The notes: generated by a model from the sequence alone, not told the origin. A DNA stretch of 64,000 nt from Cyanobacteriota bacterium (GCA_046045965.1 JBJOKS010000001.1:1-64000); one strand, 5' to 3'; shown: positions 11,388-21,535, counted from the stretch's first letter. Numbers and translations are program-made.

Positions 11388-11475
11388 CTGCCTCCTGCCT
11401 CCTGCCTCCTGCCTCCTGCCTCCTGCCTTCTGCCTCCTGCCTCCTGCCTCCTGCCTCCTGCCTCCTGCCTCCTGA
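11388..11475. repeat. STRR (TGCCTCC)n array
   Basis: About 12 tandem heptamers in the grpE/pilB divergent intergenic region. Confidence 0.9.
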
Positions 11476-11591
11476 CAATAAAAATTTTTAAGAAGAAAAA
11501 TGTTTAAACTGAAATTTAATACACTTACAATGAGAATTATTGACTACAGTGTGGGAATACTGGAACAAGAGGTTTCCCCTACTCATTGCTT

Positions 11592-13610
11592 ATGACTTAC
11601 TCATCACCACAACGGCGCAGTACCGCTCTAACCACAAGAACAGAGTTTTCGCTCTTCGGCAACAAGCTAGTGCAGTCTGGCTATGTCAATAGCGAACAGA
11701 TGAGGCAGGCACTAATTGAAAGCCGCAAATCTGGCAAAATGCTGACAGACGTATTAGAGTCAATCACTGGGCAAGAATTAGCACCTGAGTTTCTCAGGGA
11801 ATACAAGAAACAGCATTTATTTGAACTAAAAATATTATACGGCGTTGAATCCCTCGATCCAGAAGTCAATCAAATTGGCAACATGATGGTGGGAAAATTG
11901 ATTGAAGAGTTAATACCAGTAGATATCTGTCGTCGTCACCGTTTAGTGCCTCTATCAAAACACCAAGACAAAAACCCTCCTTATGTCTTAGTGGCGATGG
12001 TTGATCCAGATAATCTAGAGGCTTGTGATGACCTCAACCGCATCTTGCGACCACAAAATCTGTCTTTGCAACGGATGGTCATTACCCAGGAAGATTACCA
12101 GAGGCTGATCAACCAATACTTAGATGAGTTTGCTGTTCGTCAGGAAAAAATACAGCAAGAAAAAATAACAGACATTACTCAGGATATAGAAAATCTCAGT
12201 CTCCAAGCAGTTCAGGAGACCCTGGAAGATTCAGAAGTTGATCTGACAGCAGCCATGAAGGATGCTGATGATGCACCTATCATCAATCTTGTCAATAAAA
12301 TTCTCTTTGTGGCCTTGCGGGATGCTGTTTCTGATATTCATATTGAACCCCAAGAAGAAAACTTACGAGTTCGCTACCGCAAGGATGGCGTACTGCGTGA
12401 ATCTGAAGCTATCCGACCAATGCCAAAACACATTGTGCCGGCGGTAACGGCGCGATTTAAAATTATCTCTAATCTAGATATTGCTGAAAGGCGTTTACCT
12501 CAAGACGGTCGTATCCGCCGAGTTTTTGACGGCAGAAAAGTGGACTTCCGGGTTAATACCTTACCTAGTCGCTATGGTGAAAAAATCTGTCTACGGATTT
12601 TGGATAACTCATCTACTCAATTGGGTTTAGATAAGTTAATTACTGATCCAGAAACTTTACATATAGTCCAGGATATGGTCAGCAAGCCCTTTGGTTTGAT
12701 TCTGGTGACAGGTCCTACTGGTTCTGGTAAAACAACTTCCTTGTATTCTGCACTAGCAGAAGTAAATGATCCGGGAATTAATATTAGTACCGTAGAAGAT
12801 CCGGTTGAATACAGTTTACCTGGACTGACTCAAGTACAGGTAATTCGGGAAAAAGGACTGGATTTTGCTACAGCTTTACGGGCGTTTTTAAGACAAGATC
12901 CTGATGTGTTACTGGTGGGTGAAACACGAGATAAGGAAACAGCGAAAACAGCTATTGAAGCGGCACTAACTGGTCACTTAGTATTAACTACTTTACACAC
13001 CAATGATGCTCCTGGTGCGATCGCTCGTTTGGGAGAAATGGGGATTGAACCGTTCATGGTTTCCAGTTCCCTAATCGGTGTATTAGCACAACGTTTAATG
13101 CGTCGTGTTTGTTCAGAATGTAGAATTCCCTATACTCCTACACCAGAAGAATTAGCTCGTTATGGCTTATCAGCTTCTCAAGAAGGTGCTGTCACCTTCT
13201 ATAAAGCCAATACCATAGCACCGGAAGTCATAGCCGAAAGCAACGGCAAAATCAAGGTTTGTCCTAAGTGTAATGGTATCGGTTATAAGGGACGTTGTGG
13301 TGTTTATGAAGTAATGAGAATTACGGAAAACCTGCAAACCCTAATCAACCAAGAAGCACCCACAGAACGCATTAAGGAAGTAGCCATAGAAGAAGGTATG
13401 AAAACCTTGCTCACTTACAGTTTGAACTTGGTGCGCCAAGGTGCTACAACTCTGGAGGAAGTAGATAGAGTAGTATACACAGATACAGGTTTAGAAGCTG
13501 AATTAAAAGCCAAACGCAAGAGTGGTCTAACTTGTAAAACCTGTGATGCCACATTACAACCAGAATGGTTAGATTGTCCCTACTGTATGACACCTCGGTT
13601 TTTAGATTAG
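11592..13610 (+). CDS. pilB: Type IV pilus assembly ATPase PilB
   Basis: GPTGSGKT, LRQDPD, TLHTN, C-terminal CxxC...CPYC extension typical of cyanobacterial PilB1; ATG at 11592 preferred. Confidence 0.95.
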   Translation: MTYSSPQRRSTALTTRTEFSLFGNKLVQSGYVNSEQMRQALIESRKSGKMLTDVLESITGQELAPEFLREYKKQHLFELKILYGVESLDPEVNQIGNMMVGKLIEELIPVDICRRHRLVPLSKHQDKNPPYVLVAMVDPDNLEACDDLNRILRPQNLSLQRMVITQEDYQRLINQYLDEFAVRQEKIQQEKITDITQDIENLSLQAVQETLEDSEVDLTAAMKDADDAPIINLVNKILFVALRDAVSDIHIEPQEENLRVRYRKDGVLRESEAIRPMPKHIVPAVTARFKIISNLDIAERRLPQDGRIRRVFDGRKVDFRVNTLPSRYGEKICLRILDNSSTQLGLDKLITDPETLHIVQDMVSKPFGLILVTGPTGSGKTTSLYSALAEVNDPGINISTVEDPVEYSLPGLTQVQVIREKGLDFATALRAFLRQDPDVLLVGETRDKETAKTAIEAALTGHLVLTTLHTNDAPGAIARLGEMGIEPFMVSSSLIGVLAQRLMRRVCSECRIPYTPTPEELARYGLSASQEGAVTFYKANTIAPEVIAESNGKIKVCPKCNGIGYKGRCGVYEVMRITENLQTLINQEAPTERIKEVAIEEGMKTLLTYSLNLVRQGATTLEEVDRVVYTDTGLEAELKAKRKSGLTCKTCDATLQPEWLDCPYCMTPRFLD

Positions 13611-13739
13611 TCAGAGGAGGTGGGGATAGGGGAAGGTATCAAGTCAAAAGTCAAAAGTCAAAATTAATAACTCCCGTTCCCAGTCCCCAGTCCCCAGTCC
13701 CCAGTCCCCAGTCACCTAATTTTTAATTGGAGCAAAACT

Positions 13740-14840
13740 ATGGAATTCATGATTGAAGATTTGATGGAACAGCTAATAGACATGGGCGGTTCCGATCTGC
13801 ACTTATCAGCAGGTTTGCCTCCCTACTTCCGCATTAGTGGTAAACTCACCCCGATTGGTGATCACATACTAACGGCTGATCAATGTCAACGGCTAATTTT
13901 TAGTATGCTCAATAATACCCAGCGCAAAACCTTAGAACAAACCTGGGAATTAGATTGTTCCTATGGTGTTAAAGGATTAGCTCGCTTCCGGGTAAACGTC
14001 TATAAAGAACGTGGTGCTTATGCTGCTTGTTTACGAGCATTAAGTTCTAAAATTCCTAACTTTGAAAAATTGGGTCTGCCAGATATAGTGCGGGAAATGT
14101 CTGAAAAGCCTAGAGGATTAATTCTAGTTACAGGTCCGACAGGTTCTGGGAAAACGACTACCCTAGCGGCCATGATTGACTTGATTAACCGCACTAGGGC
14201 AGAACATATTTTAACAGTTGAAGACCCTGTTGAATTTGTTTACGAACCAATCAAAAGTTTAGTTCACCAACGTCAATTAGGTGAAGATACTAAAAGTTTT
14301 GCTAATGCTTTGAAAGCTGCTTTACGGGAAGATCCAGATATCATTCTGGTAGGGGAAATGCGGGATTTGGAAACTATTTCTTTGGCAATTTCTGCCGCAG
14401 AAACAGGTCACTTGGTATTCGGCACACTACACACCAGTTCCGCGTCTCAAACCGTTGACCGGATTATTGACGTTTTCCCTTCGGAAAGACAAACCCAAGT
14501 ACGAGTACAATTGTCTAACTCCTTAGTGGCAGTTTTTAGCCAAACCTTAGTACCCAAGAAAAATCCCAAACCAGGTGAATATGGTCGGGTAATGGCGCAA
14601 GAAATTATGATTATCACTCCCGCTATTTCTAACTTGATTCGGGAAGGTAAAACAGCCCAAATTTACTCAGCTATTCAAACTGGTGGTAAATTGGGGATGC
14701 AAACTCTAGAAAAAGTTTTAGCTGATATGTACAAGGCTGGAACTATCTCCTTTGAATCCGCAATGTCTAAGACTTCCAAACCAGATGAAGTCCAACGTCT
14801 AATTGGTGCAACAGCACCACCAGCAGGTGTAAAACGTTAA
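13740..14840 (+). CDS. pilT: Type IV pilus retraction ATPase PilT
   Basis: SDLHL, GPTGSGKTT, LREDPD, AISNLIRE, GMQT. Confidence 0.96.
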   Translation: MEFMIEDLMEQLIDMGGSDLHLSAGLPPYFRISGKLTPIGDHILTADQCQRLIFSMLNNTQRKTLEQTWELDCSYGVKGLARFRVNVYKERGAYAACLRALSSKIPNFEKLGLPDIVREMSEKPRGLILVTGPTGSGKTTTLAAMIDLINRTRAEHILTVEDPVEFVYEPIKSLVHQRQLGEDTKSFANALKAALREDPDIILVGEMRDLETISLAISAAETGHLVFGTLHTSSASQTVDRIIDVFPSERQTQVRVQLSNSLVAVFSQTLVPKKNPKPGEYGRVMAQEIMIITPAISNLIREGKTAQIYSAIQTGGKLGMQTLEKVLADMYKAGTISFESAMSKTSKPDEVQRLIGATAPPAGVKR

Positions 14841-14940
14841 ATAGGGGACTGGGGACTGGGGACTGGGGACAGAAAAGTGAGTTTACCAATTACCAATTTT
14901 CAAATACCAATTACCAATTACCTAATTTTGAATTAATATT

Positions 14941-16164
14941 ATGCCAACCTACCTTGCCCGTGTTCGGGACTCTCAAGGAAAAACCCGAACTGCAAAATTT
15001 GTTGCAGATTCTTTAACAGATGCACGCACTAATCTTAGAGATAAGGGTTTTGTAGTGCAAGACCTGAAAGAATCCCAAAGTTTAGAATCTCGGTTTAATT
15101 TGGAAAAAATTCAGAACTCCTTTGTTAAGGTTTCTGTGAAAGACAAAGCTGTTTTTTCCCGTCAATTTGCTGCTTTGGTGAATGCAGGTGTGGCAATTGT
15201 TAGAGGTTTGGGTGTGTTGTCCGAACAGTGCAGTAATCCGAAACTCAAGAAAGCTCTGACGGAGATTTGTGAAGATGTGCAAACGGGAGTTAACCTTTCC
15301 GATTCTATGCGGAAGCATCCTGATTGCTTTGATGGTTTGTATGTAAGTATGGTTCAAGCTGGGGAAATAGGTGGTGTATTAGATGAGGTTTTAAATCGTC
15401 TAGCCAAACTATTAGAAGATATGGCTAGATTACAAAACCAAATCAAATCTGCTATGTCTTATCCAGTGGTAGTAGGTTTTTTGGCAACCGCTATCTTTGT
15501 CGGGATGACAGTGTTTCTGATTCCTATTTTTGCCGAAATTTTTGAAGGACTAGGAGTAGAATTACCAGCACTCACACAATTTTTGATGACTTGCAGTAGA
15601 ATATTACGAAGTTATTGGTCTTTGGTAATTATAGCTGCCTTTATTGCTGCCAGCATCGCCTATAAGCAGTATTATAAGACTCGTGTAGGTAAGGAAACGA
15701 TTGATCGCCTTTCTCTTAAAGTTCCCCTATTTGGTGATTTAATCCAAAAGTCTTCTGTTGCTAGATTTAGTCGTACCTTTGGTTCTTTAACTCGTTCAGG
15801 TGTACCCATTATTACTTGTTTGGAAATTGTCCGGGATACATCAGGAAACCAAGTCATTGCTAACTCCATAGATGCAGCCCGTCGAGAAGTGCAGGAAGGT
15901 GGTATGATTAGTAGTGCTTTGCAAAAAGGTGAAGTATTCCCTGCTATGGCAATTCAAATGATGATGATTGGCGAAGAAACAGGGGAATTAGATGGAATGT
16001 TGATGAAAGTTGCCGATTTCTATGAAGATGAAGTAGAACAGGCAGTCAAATCATTGACAAGTGTACTAGAACCATTAATGATTGTGGTTCTTGGGGGGAT
16101 GGTTGGTACAATTCTGCTGGCAATGTATTTGCCGATGTTTAAGGTATTTGAAGTCCTTGGTTGA
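14941..16164 (+). CDS. pilC: Type IV pilus platform protein PilC
   Basis: Two T2SSF domains (FSRQFA, GEIGG, GEETG, LEP). Confidence 0.95.
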   Translation: MPTYLARVRDSQGKTRTAKFVADSLTDARTNLRDKGFVVQDLKESQSLESRFNLEKIQNSFVKVSVKDKAVFSRQFAALVNAGVAIVRGLGVLSEQCSNPKLKKALTEICEDVQTGVNLSDSMRKHPDCFDGLYVSMVQAGEIGGVLDEVLNRLAKLLEDMARLQNQIKSAMSYPVVVGFLATAIFVGMTVFLIPIFAEIFEGLGVELPALTQFLMTCSRILRSYWSLVIIAAFIAASIAYKQYYKTRVGKETIDRLSLKVPLFGDLIQKSSVARFSRTFGSLTRSGVPIITCLEIVRDTSGNQVIANSIDAARREVQEGGMISSALQKGEVFPAMAIQMMMIGEETGELDGMLMKVADFYEDEVEQAVKSLTSVLEPLMIVVLGGMVGTILLAMYLPMFKVFEVLG

Positions 16165-16351
16165 TTAGTGCATCAAGGCAGAATTCTCTGTCAAGGTAAA
16201 AAGTATCATGATCTCAAAAAGTGTTATGTTGAGTCTGGCGATAGGCTTAATATAACACTTGCGTAAAGGCTCATTTAGTAGATAATAATCTATTTTGAAT
16301 TTTGTTCGCGTAGCGTGCCGTAGGCTCTAGGTTAAAGTTTGAATTAATATT

Positions 16352-16900
16352 ATGGCTGTACAAAAATCTCTTTATGAAGCTAGTTTATCTGAATATAGCA
16401 ATCATATAGCAGCGATCGCTCTCCTTAAACAACATCGTCCATACTTGGAAATGATACCCAGTCTGCGTCGTCCCGCTGACAGTGTGATCACTATTCCTTT
16501 ACCCATTGTCCGTATCCGTGATATTGAAGCTAAAACTTCACACACAATAGCTTTACCCTGTGATATTTCCATTATTATGTGTGACCCAGAATGGAAAATT
16601 AAAACTGGGGTAGAAATATTATTATTTATTCATCGTCCCCATGAAGATTTTTCTGATTTATTAAGTAGATGGCGTAAATGTCAAGTTTGGTTAGATAAAG
16701 AATATGAATGGATAATGCCTTTTCGTCATAGTCATATTTTAAGCGAAGGTGTAAACACAATTTATCCTTTGTTCATTATTTTTAATCAAACATCAGAACG
16801 AATTCAAAGAGGTTTGTTAGGTGCAGAATTACCTTTTATTATGGAAACTTCAACTTTTTTAGAAACAGAAGAATATCAAGAATCTTATGTTGGTGAATAG
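16352..16900 (+). CDS. Conserved cyanobacterial hypothetical protein
   Basis: 182-aa ORF, no recognised motif. Confidence 0.7.
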   Translation: MAVQKSLYEASLSEYSNHIAAIALLKQHRPYLEMIPSLRRPADSVITIPLPIVRIRDIEAKTSHTIALPCDISIIMCDPEWKIKTGVEILLFIHRPHEDFSDLLSRWRKCQVWLDKEYEWIMPFRHSHILSEGVNTIYPLFIIFNQTSERIQRGLLGAELPFIMETSTFLETEEYQESYVGE

Positions 16901-16957
16901 GGCATTGGGCATTGGTTAATAGTTTTTACCAATTACCAATTACCCATTACCAATTAC

Positions 16958-17953
16958 CTATTTTACAAATTTAGGCATAATTTCGGCGGCGGTAAATAGA
17001 CCGTTAATGCCTCTTTGATGTAGTTCTTGACCGGCTTTTAAATAACCAAAGGCAGGACCACATACGTTAGCTGCCATGCTGGTTTCATCCCCTAATGTAA
17101 AGGTGTGGGTGGAAATTTTACCCTCAAAGGTGCGTCCGGTAATTTTCACATTTGTACTTAAAGGCTTTTTGGGGTTGCGGGTATCAACTACACCACCAAC
17201 TGTAACGCGATCGCGTGAACAAATGCCGGCAATTTCTAACATTACATCATCAGCGTGTTCCATGTTTTCCAAAGTTAACACACCGTTGGTTTTATCTAAT
17301 AATGCTTCTACTTCTGCATCGGTCATTGCTCTAGCAGCTTCTACAGTATAACCGGGTATATGTCCGATATCTTCTCGAACAGTAGCGCGATATGCTTCCC
17401 AGTTAGCAATACCCACACCAAAGGTAATAACTACACTGTGAATTTCGGCGTAACTTTGGGCAGCTAAAGCGGCGGCGGCGGTTAACAGTCCAGGGGTTGC
17501 ACCACAACCGGTCATGTAGGTAATACCTGCTGCTTGCAGTTCGTCTTTCATAGCTAACAGTTGTTCTACGGCGCTGGTGCGTTTGATGGCATCTACTAGC
17601 ACACCTTTCCAACCAGCTTGGATAAATTGTTTAGTGACGTTGGGGATAAAGTCGTTAGGAAGGTTAGGTAAAGCGAGGAAATAACCATCTACAGCGTCAC
17701 CTGTGGCTTGAATAAGGTCTTGAATGCTGTTGTTGCTTAATGTTCCGAAGGGTTCTAAATAACCGACAGTTCCCTGTTTTTGATAGGTGGTGATGCAAGC
17801 ATCGGTGTTTAAGCCTTCTGTAGAGTATGCGTAGCCTTTTTGATCTGCGGCAGCTACGAGGATCATTTCGCGTTTGCTGGAGAGGAGTTTTGCTGCTGCT
17901 TGGCCGAGTCCGCCAAAACCAAGGACTCCAACGCGGATGGGTTGTTTGTTCAT
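16958..17953 (-). CDS. bioU: BioU, biotin-pathway dehydrogenase-fold enzyme
   Basis: GFGGLG Rossmann motif, [30 protein letters not shown]. Confidence 0.85.
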   Translation of the reverse strand: MNKQPIRVGVLGFGGLGQAAAKLLSSKREMILVAAADQKGYAYSTEGLNTDACITTYQKQGTVGYLEPFGTLSNNSIQDLIQATGDAVDGYFLALPNLPNDFIPNVTKQFIQAGWKGVLVDAIKRTSAVEQLLAMKDELQAAGITYMTGCGATPGLLTAAAALAAQSYAEIHSVVITFGVGIANWEAYRATVREDIGHIPGYTVEAARAMTDAEVEALLDKTNGVLTLENMEHADDVMLEIAGICSRDRVTVGGVVDTRNPKKPLSTNVKITGRTFEGKISTHTFTLGDETSMAANVCGPAFGYLKAGQELHQRGINGLFTAAEIMPKFVK

Positions 17954-18137
17954 TGTGTTTTTTCTCTGTATGGTTAATGGTTAATTATGCTTTATTTTGA
18001 TTAAAGTTTCGCGCAAAGGCGCAAAGGAGCAAAGGCGCAAAGAAGATACCTTGATTTAGAATATAGTAATAATGGGGAATGAGTGATTAGAAAATGACTG
18101 TTGTTACAGGCTATTTTGTACAATCTTAAATTATGTT

Positions 18138-18383
18138 ATGTTGCGAGAAAAGCTCAAGCAAGAACTAGATCATCTCGATGAAGAACAACTGGAAAAAATA
18201 GCTGATTTTATAGCTTTTATTCAGTTTCAATCTCAAAAGTTTTCTGACAATACTCCATTATGGCAAAAATTAACACCAGAAGCAAGGGCGAGTGAGTTTC
18301 AAGATTGGGTTTCTCAACTTCCTGAAACTGGTGTGAGTCTGAGTGATGAAGCTTTTAGTCGAGATAGTATTTACGAAGAATGA
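18138..18383 (+). CDS. Putative antitoxin (orphaned)
   Basis: Small protein ending LSDEAFSRDSIYEE; ATGA overlap with the PIN fragment. Confidence 0.7.
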   Translation: MLREKLKQELDHLDEEQLEKIADFIAFIQFQSQKFSDNTPLWQKLTPEARASEFQDWVSQLPETGVSLSDEAFSRDSIYEE

Positions 18384-18438
18384 CGAGATACATTCTTGAT
18401 ACAAATGTTGTGATGCGTTTCTGTAATCCTTCTGATGT
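18380..18438 (+). pseudogene. Truncated VapC/PIN toxin 5' fragment
   Basis: MTRYILDTNVVMRFCNPSDV, after which homology breaks. Confidence 0.75.
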
Positions 18439-18549
18439 GAGGAAGGGGTGGCTAATGATTTGGTTGCTGAGGGAATACCAAAATCACATATTATTTTAGG
18501 GTTTAAAGCTCATGAGATCAGGAAATATACTGGGTTTGCTGTTTTTTAG
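18439..18549 (+). pseudogene. XisI-family 3' fragment
   Basis: EEGVANDLVAEGIPKSHIILGFKAHEIRKYTGFAVF* resembles the XisI C-terminus; no start codon. Confidence 0.7.
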
Positions 18550-18788
18550 GTAAAATTTTGTTAATTAAGGCTGAGTCAAAATCTAAAGCTGATATACTTA
18601 GACAGATGTTAGAATTACCAACTAAATAATAAGCCACAAATAATATATGTGCGGAGCGTCCAGAAAGGATAGAACACGGTGTAAATAAAGTTTTGCATAT
18701 ATTTTATGTTAGTGGTTTTAGGAATTAAGCCTGAATTTACTAGGTTATATCGGTGTAATTATTGTAGCGTTTACTAAAAGTGTTAATC

Positions 18789-19319
18789 ATGGATATATCA
18801 GAATACTTTAAAGGGCTAATTAGTAATCAGCAATTCAGTGAAAATCTGAATCAACAACATTATAATTTTGCTCATCAACTAATGCCTTATGTTGTAGAAA
18901 ATAATTTTCCTGATTTATTAAATAGAGTTATTAATGAATCAGCACAAAACTGGCTATTACAAATTTGGAATAAATACTCTGACCTTGAAATTCCCAGTTA
19001 TACAGCATTAGTTCACCCAATATGTAGTTCTATTAACCATTCTGAGGATATTGGATTAATATATATTACCATGCCTGCGCCTAGAGTAAGTCCAGAGGTA
19101 GCATACATAGCGATTGTTTTCAAAATTGATAATGATTCACCGTCTGATTGGTTACGAAGCTATTTTACACTTGAATTAGGACTAACAACATCTGCATATT
19201 GGACTCTGGGAGAGTGGAATAAATCTAATCATATTAATTTAGGTGAATTCATGTATGAACCTACTTTAAATAATTTCCTGGTGACAGTTATGACAGAATT
19301 TAAAAGAAGATGGAGTTAA
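18789..19319 (+). CDS. Hypothetical protein
   Basis: Low-GC ORF containing YFTLE and LGEW; no family recognised. Confidence 0.65.
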   Translation: MDISEYFKGLISNQQFSENLNQQHYNFAHQLMPYVVENNFPDLLNRVINESAQNWLLQIWNKYSDLEIPSYTALVHPICSSINHSEDIGLIYITMPAPRVSPEVAYIAIVFKIDNDSPSDWLRSYFTLELGLTTSAYWTLGEWNKSNHINLGEFMYEPTLNNFLVTVMTEFKRRWS

Positions 19320-19397
19320 GTGGAAATAGATCAATAGCGATCGCATTTTATGGATGTAAAGTAGAGAGTGCGATCGCATTTCTGGTGTAGAGTGAGA

Positions 19398-19426
19398 GCG
19401 ATACCTACGGCTGGCTTCATCTACGC
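19398..19426 (+). repeat. SDR5-like 21-nt element inserted in HIP1
   Basis: GCGAT[ACCTACGGCTGGCTTCATCTA]CGC; second copy at 21363..21391. Confidence 0.75.
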
Positions 19427-19438
19427 ATTTACAAATAT

Positions 19439-19795
19439 ATGGAAGACTCTAATTCAACAAATATAATACCAAATGCAGAGAAGGCAGTTATTGACATTCG
19501 TAAACTACGTGACTACTCCCTTAATCGAGATCATCCTACAGGAAAGGATAAAGCCCGTCTCTTTTCATCAATTTTAGGCATGACTGCTGAAAATGCTGAA
19601 GAATTACGCCAGATTATTTTGGAAAAAGTTAAAATTCAAGAAGCTTGCTTAAATAAAAGTGATAAACATGGACAACGTTACTATGTAGATTTTACTTTGA
19701 ACAGGCAAAATAAAAGTGCAACCATTCGTAGTTGTTGGATTATCGAGTCTGGTTCTGATTTTCCAAGATTAACAAGTTGCTATATTAAATTGTAA
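19439..19795 (+). CDS. DUF6883-like protein (putative toxin)
   Basis: KLRDYSLNRDHPTGKDKA...W...PRLTSCY; paired with DUF4926. Confidence 0.75.
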   Translation: MEDSNSTNIIPNAEKAVIDIRKLRDYSLNRDHPTGKDKARLFSSILGMTAENAEELRQIILEKVKIQEACLNKSDKHGQRYYVDFTLNRQNKSATIRSCWIIESGSDFPRLTSCYIKL

Positions 19796-19814
19796 GATTT
19801 AAAGGTTGTAACCA

Positions 19815-20063
19815 ATGAGTAAACTAGAACCAAAGTTACTAGATGTAGTAGCACTCACAATTGATTTACCTGAATATAATTTATTACGTGGTCAAGTAGG
19901 TACAATAGTAGAAATACTAGCAGATGGTACTGTATTTGAAGTAGAATTTAGCGATAGTAATGGACAAGTCTATGAATTTGTTGCTTTAACTTTAGAGCAA
20001 ATAATGGTTTTGCATTTTCAGCCAATATCTCCTGATTTAGCAAAGTCAACAGTGACGGTGTAA
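19815..20063 (+). CDS. DUF4926 domain protein
   Basis: LLDVVAL...LLRGQVGTIVE...FEVEFSD. Confidence 0.85.
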   Translation: MSKLEPKLLDVVALTIDLPEYNLLRGQVGTIVEILADGTVFEVEFSDSNGQVYEFVALTLEQIMVLHFQPISPDLAKSTVTV

Positions 20064-20124
20064 GTAGTAAATCGGAATTATATTATAATAATTCTTATCT
20101 ACAACCAATTTAACCAAAATTATT

Positions 20125-20391
20125 ATGAGTATCAGTCTCACCCCTAAACAAGAACATTTTATTCAAACAAAACTGCAAACTGGGAAATACAACTCTGTAG
20201 AAGAAGTTATAGAAATCGCCCTTCAGTTGCTAGATGAATATGATCGCGCTGAGTCAGAATGGGTTAAAGAAGTGCGCGAAAAAATTGATGCTGCGATCGC
20301 AATTTCAGAACATACAGCACCTATTGACGGTGAAACATTTGTAAATCAAATTTTAGATCGTTTTCAGCAACAACGACAGGCAGAAAAATAA
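20125..20391 (+). CDS. ParD-type RHH antitoxin
   Basis: MSISLT...GKYNSVEEVIEIALQLL. Confidence 0.85.
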   Translation: MSISLTPKQEHFIQTKLQTGKYNSVEEVIEIALQLLDEYDRAESEWVKEVREKIDAAIAISEHTAPIDGETFVNQILDRFQQQRQAEK

Positions 20392-20687
20392 ATCATTATT
20401 TTATTAATATTCTCGCTAGTCGTGACTTAAATGAAATTGCCGAATATTTCTCCCAAAACAACCTAGAAGCAGGTGAAAAATTTTTTCAGGAATTTAACCG
20501 CAAATGTCAATAATTAGTTTCTTTTCCCAACAGTGGTAAAAGCTATTCAGGAATACGTGCTGATTTGCGAGGTTTGCCCCTAGAAGGTTATATAATTTTT
20601 TATAGAGTGTTGGATGATGGAATTGAAATTTTACGAGTAGTGAGTGGTCGTCGTCATCTTCCATCTGTTTTTGATGATTCTCAATAG
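20388..20687 (+). pseudogene. ParE/RelE toxin pseudogene
   Basis: 100-codon frame (ASRDLNEIAEY...YIIFYRV...IEILRVVSGRR) with ATA in place of the start codon and an in-frame TAA at 20511. Confidence 0.85.
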
Positions 20688-20764
20688 AATAAATAGGATA
20701 AACTTTACTAGATCCTATGCTTCGCTAACGAATTTTTAATGTAGAGTTAAGAGCGATCGCCTTA

Positions 20765-21088
20765 TCATTCAAGACTAATAACCACAGCTTGACCTTTTAC
20801 CACTGTAGATAAAATATCTAAAATCTTGGGAACTAAAGGTTTAAGATCCATTAATCTATTAGACTTTGCTTGCAAAACAACTACAGCTATATTGAATTGA
20901 GATAAATTTTGCTGAAAAGATAAATTCCTATCAACAGTAATAAAAACATCAAATTCTTTTTCTATTAAAGCCAATAATTTACCATTTTTAGTTCCCGCCC
21001 ATCCCATCTGAGGAACGGTTTTGATTTCATATCCTATAAATTCTTTAGCTAACCTGCGATCAATACATTCATCTAAAATCAATTTCAT
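20765..21088 (-). CDS. DUF5615 family PIN-like toxin
   Basis: MKLILDECI...GWAGTKNGKLL...FITVDRNL. Confidence 0.85.
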   Translation of the reverse strand: MKLILDECIDRRLAKEFIGYEIKTVPQMGWAGTKNGKLLALIEKEFDVFITVDRNLSFQQNLSQFNIAVVVLQAKSNRLMDLKPLVPKILDILSTVVKGQAVVISLE

Positions 21089-21089
21089 T

Positions 21090-21308
21090 TTATGCTACCT
21101 TACTAATCATTGCTTTTTCAACTTCCTCCAAAAATGTAATTACTTGATCTTTAGTAACCGTAGGAAAACCTTCTAAAAAATCATCTATTGAATCTCCTGC
21201 TTTTAAATAATCTAAAAGTGTGTGAATAGGAACTCTTGTTCCGGTAAAAACTGGAGTACCACTCATAACTTCAGGAGAAACGCTGATAATTGAAGTATTG
21301 CTAGACAT
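21090..21308 (-). CDS. DUF433 antitoxin
   Basis: SGTPVFTGTRVP...FLEGFPTV. Confidence 0.9.
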   Translation of the reverse strand: MSSNTSIISVSPEVMSGTPVFTGTRVPIHTLLDYLKAGDSIDDFLEGFPTVTKDQVITFLEEVEKAMISKVA

Positions 21309-21361
21309 AGTTTTTTATATGTTCAAGTGATATTTTTAGTTTAACATTGATGTAGAATGAC

Positions 21362-21535
21362 AGCGATATCTACGGCTGGCTTCATCTACGCATCTACAAA
21401 TATATGGAAGCCTCTAATTCAACAAATATAATCCCAAATGCAGAGAAGGCAGTTATTGACATTCGTAAACTACGTGACTACTCCCTTAATCAAGATCATC
21501 CCACAGGAAAGGATAAAGCTCGTCTATTTTCATCA
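21362..21535 (+). pseudogene. Duplicated, truncated copy of the SDR5-like element plus DUF6883 5' end
   Basis: About 174-bp near-identical direct repeat of 19397..19570; stop codon follows shortly. Confidence 0.85.

Noticed and set aside
11388..11475. Tandem arrays (also 36218, 53790, 54781, 63638) as possible CRISPR arrays
   Set aside because: Pure 7-8-nt tandem repeats without spacers, and no cas genes; typical Nostocales STRRs
19337..19426. HIP1-headed tandem units as a mini-CRISPR
   Set aside because: The constant part is only ~12 nt and the 'spacers' resemble each other
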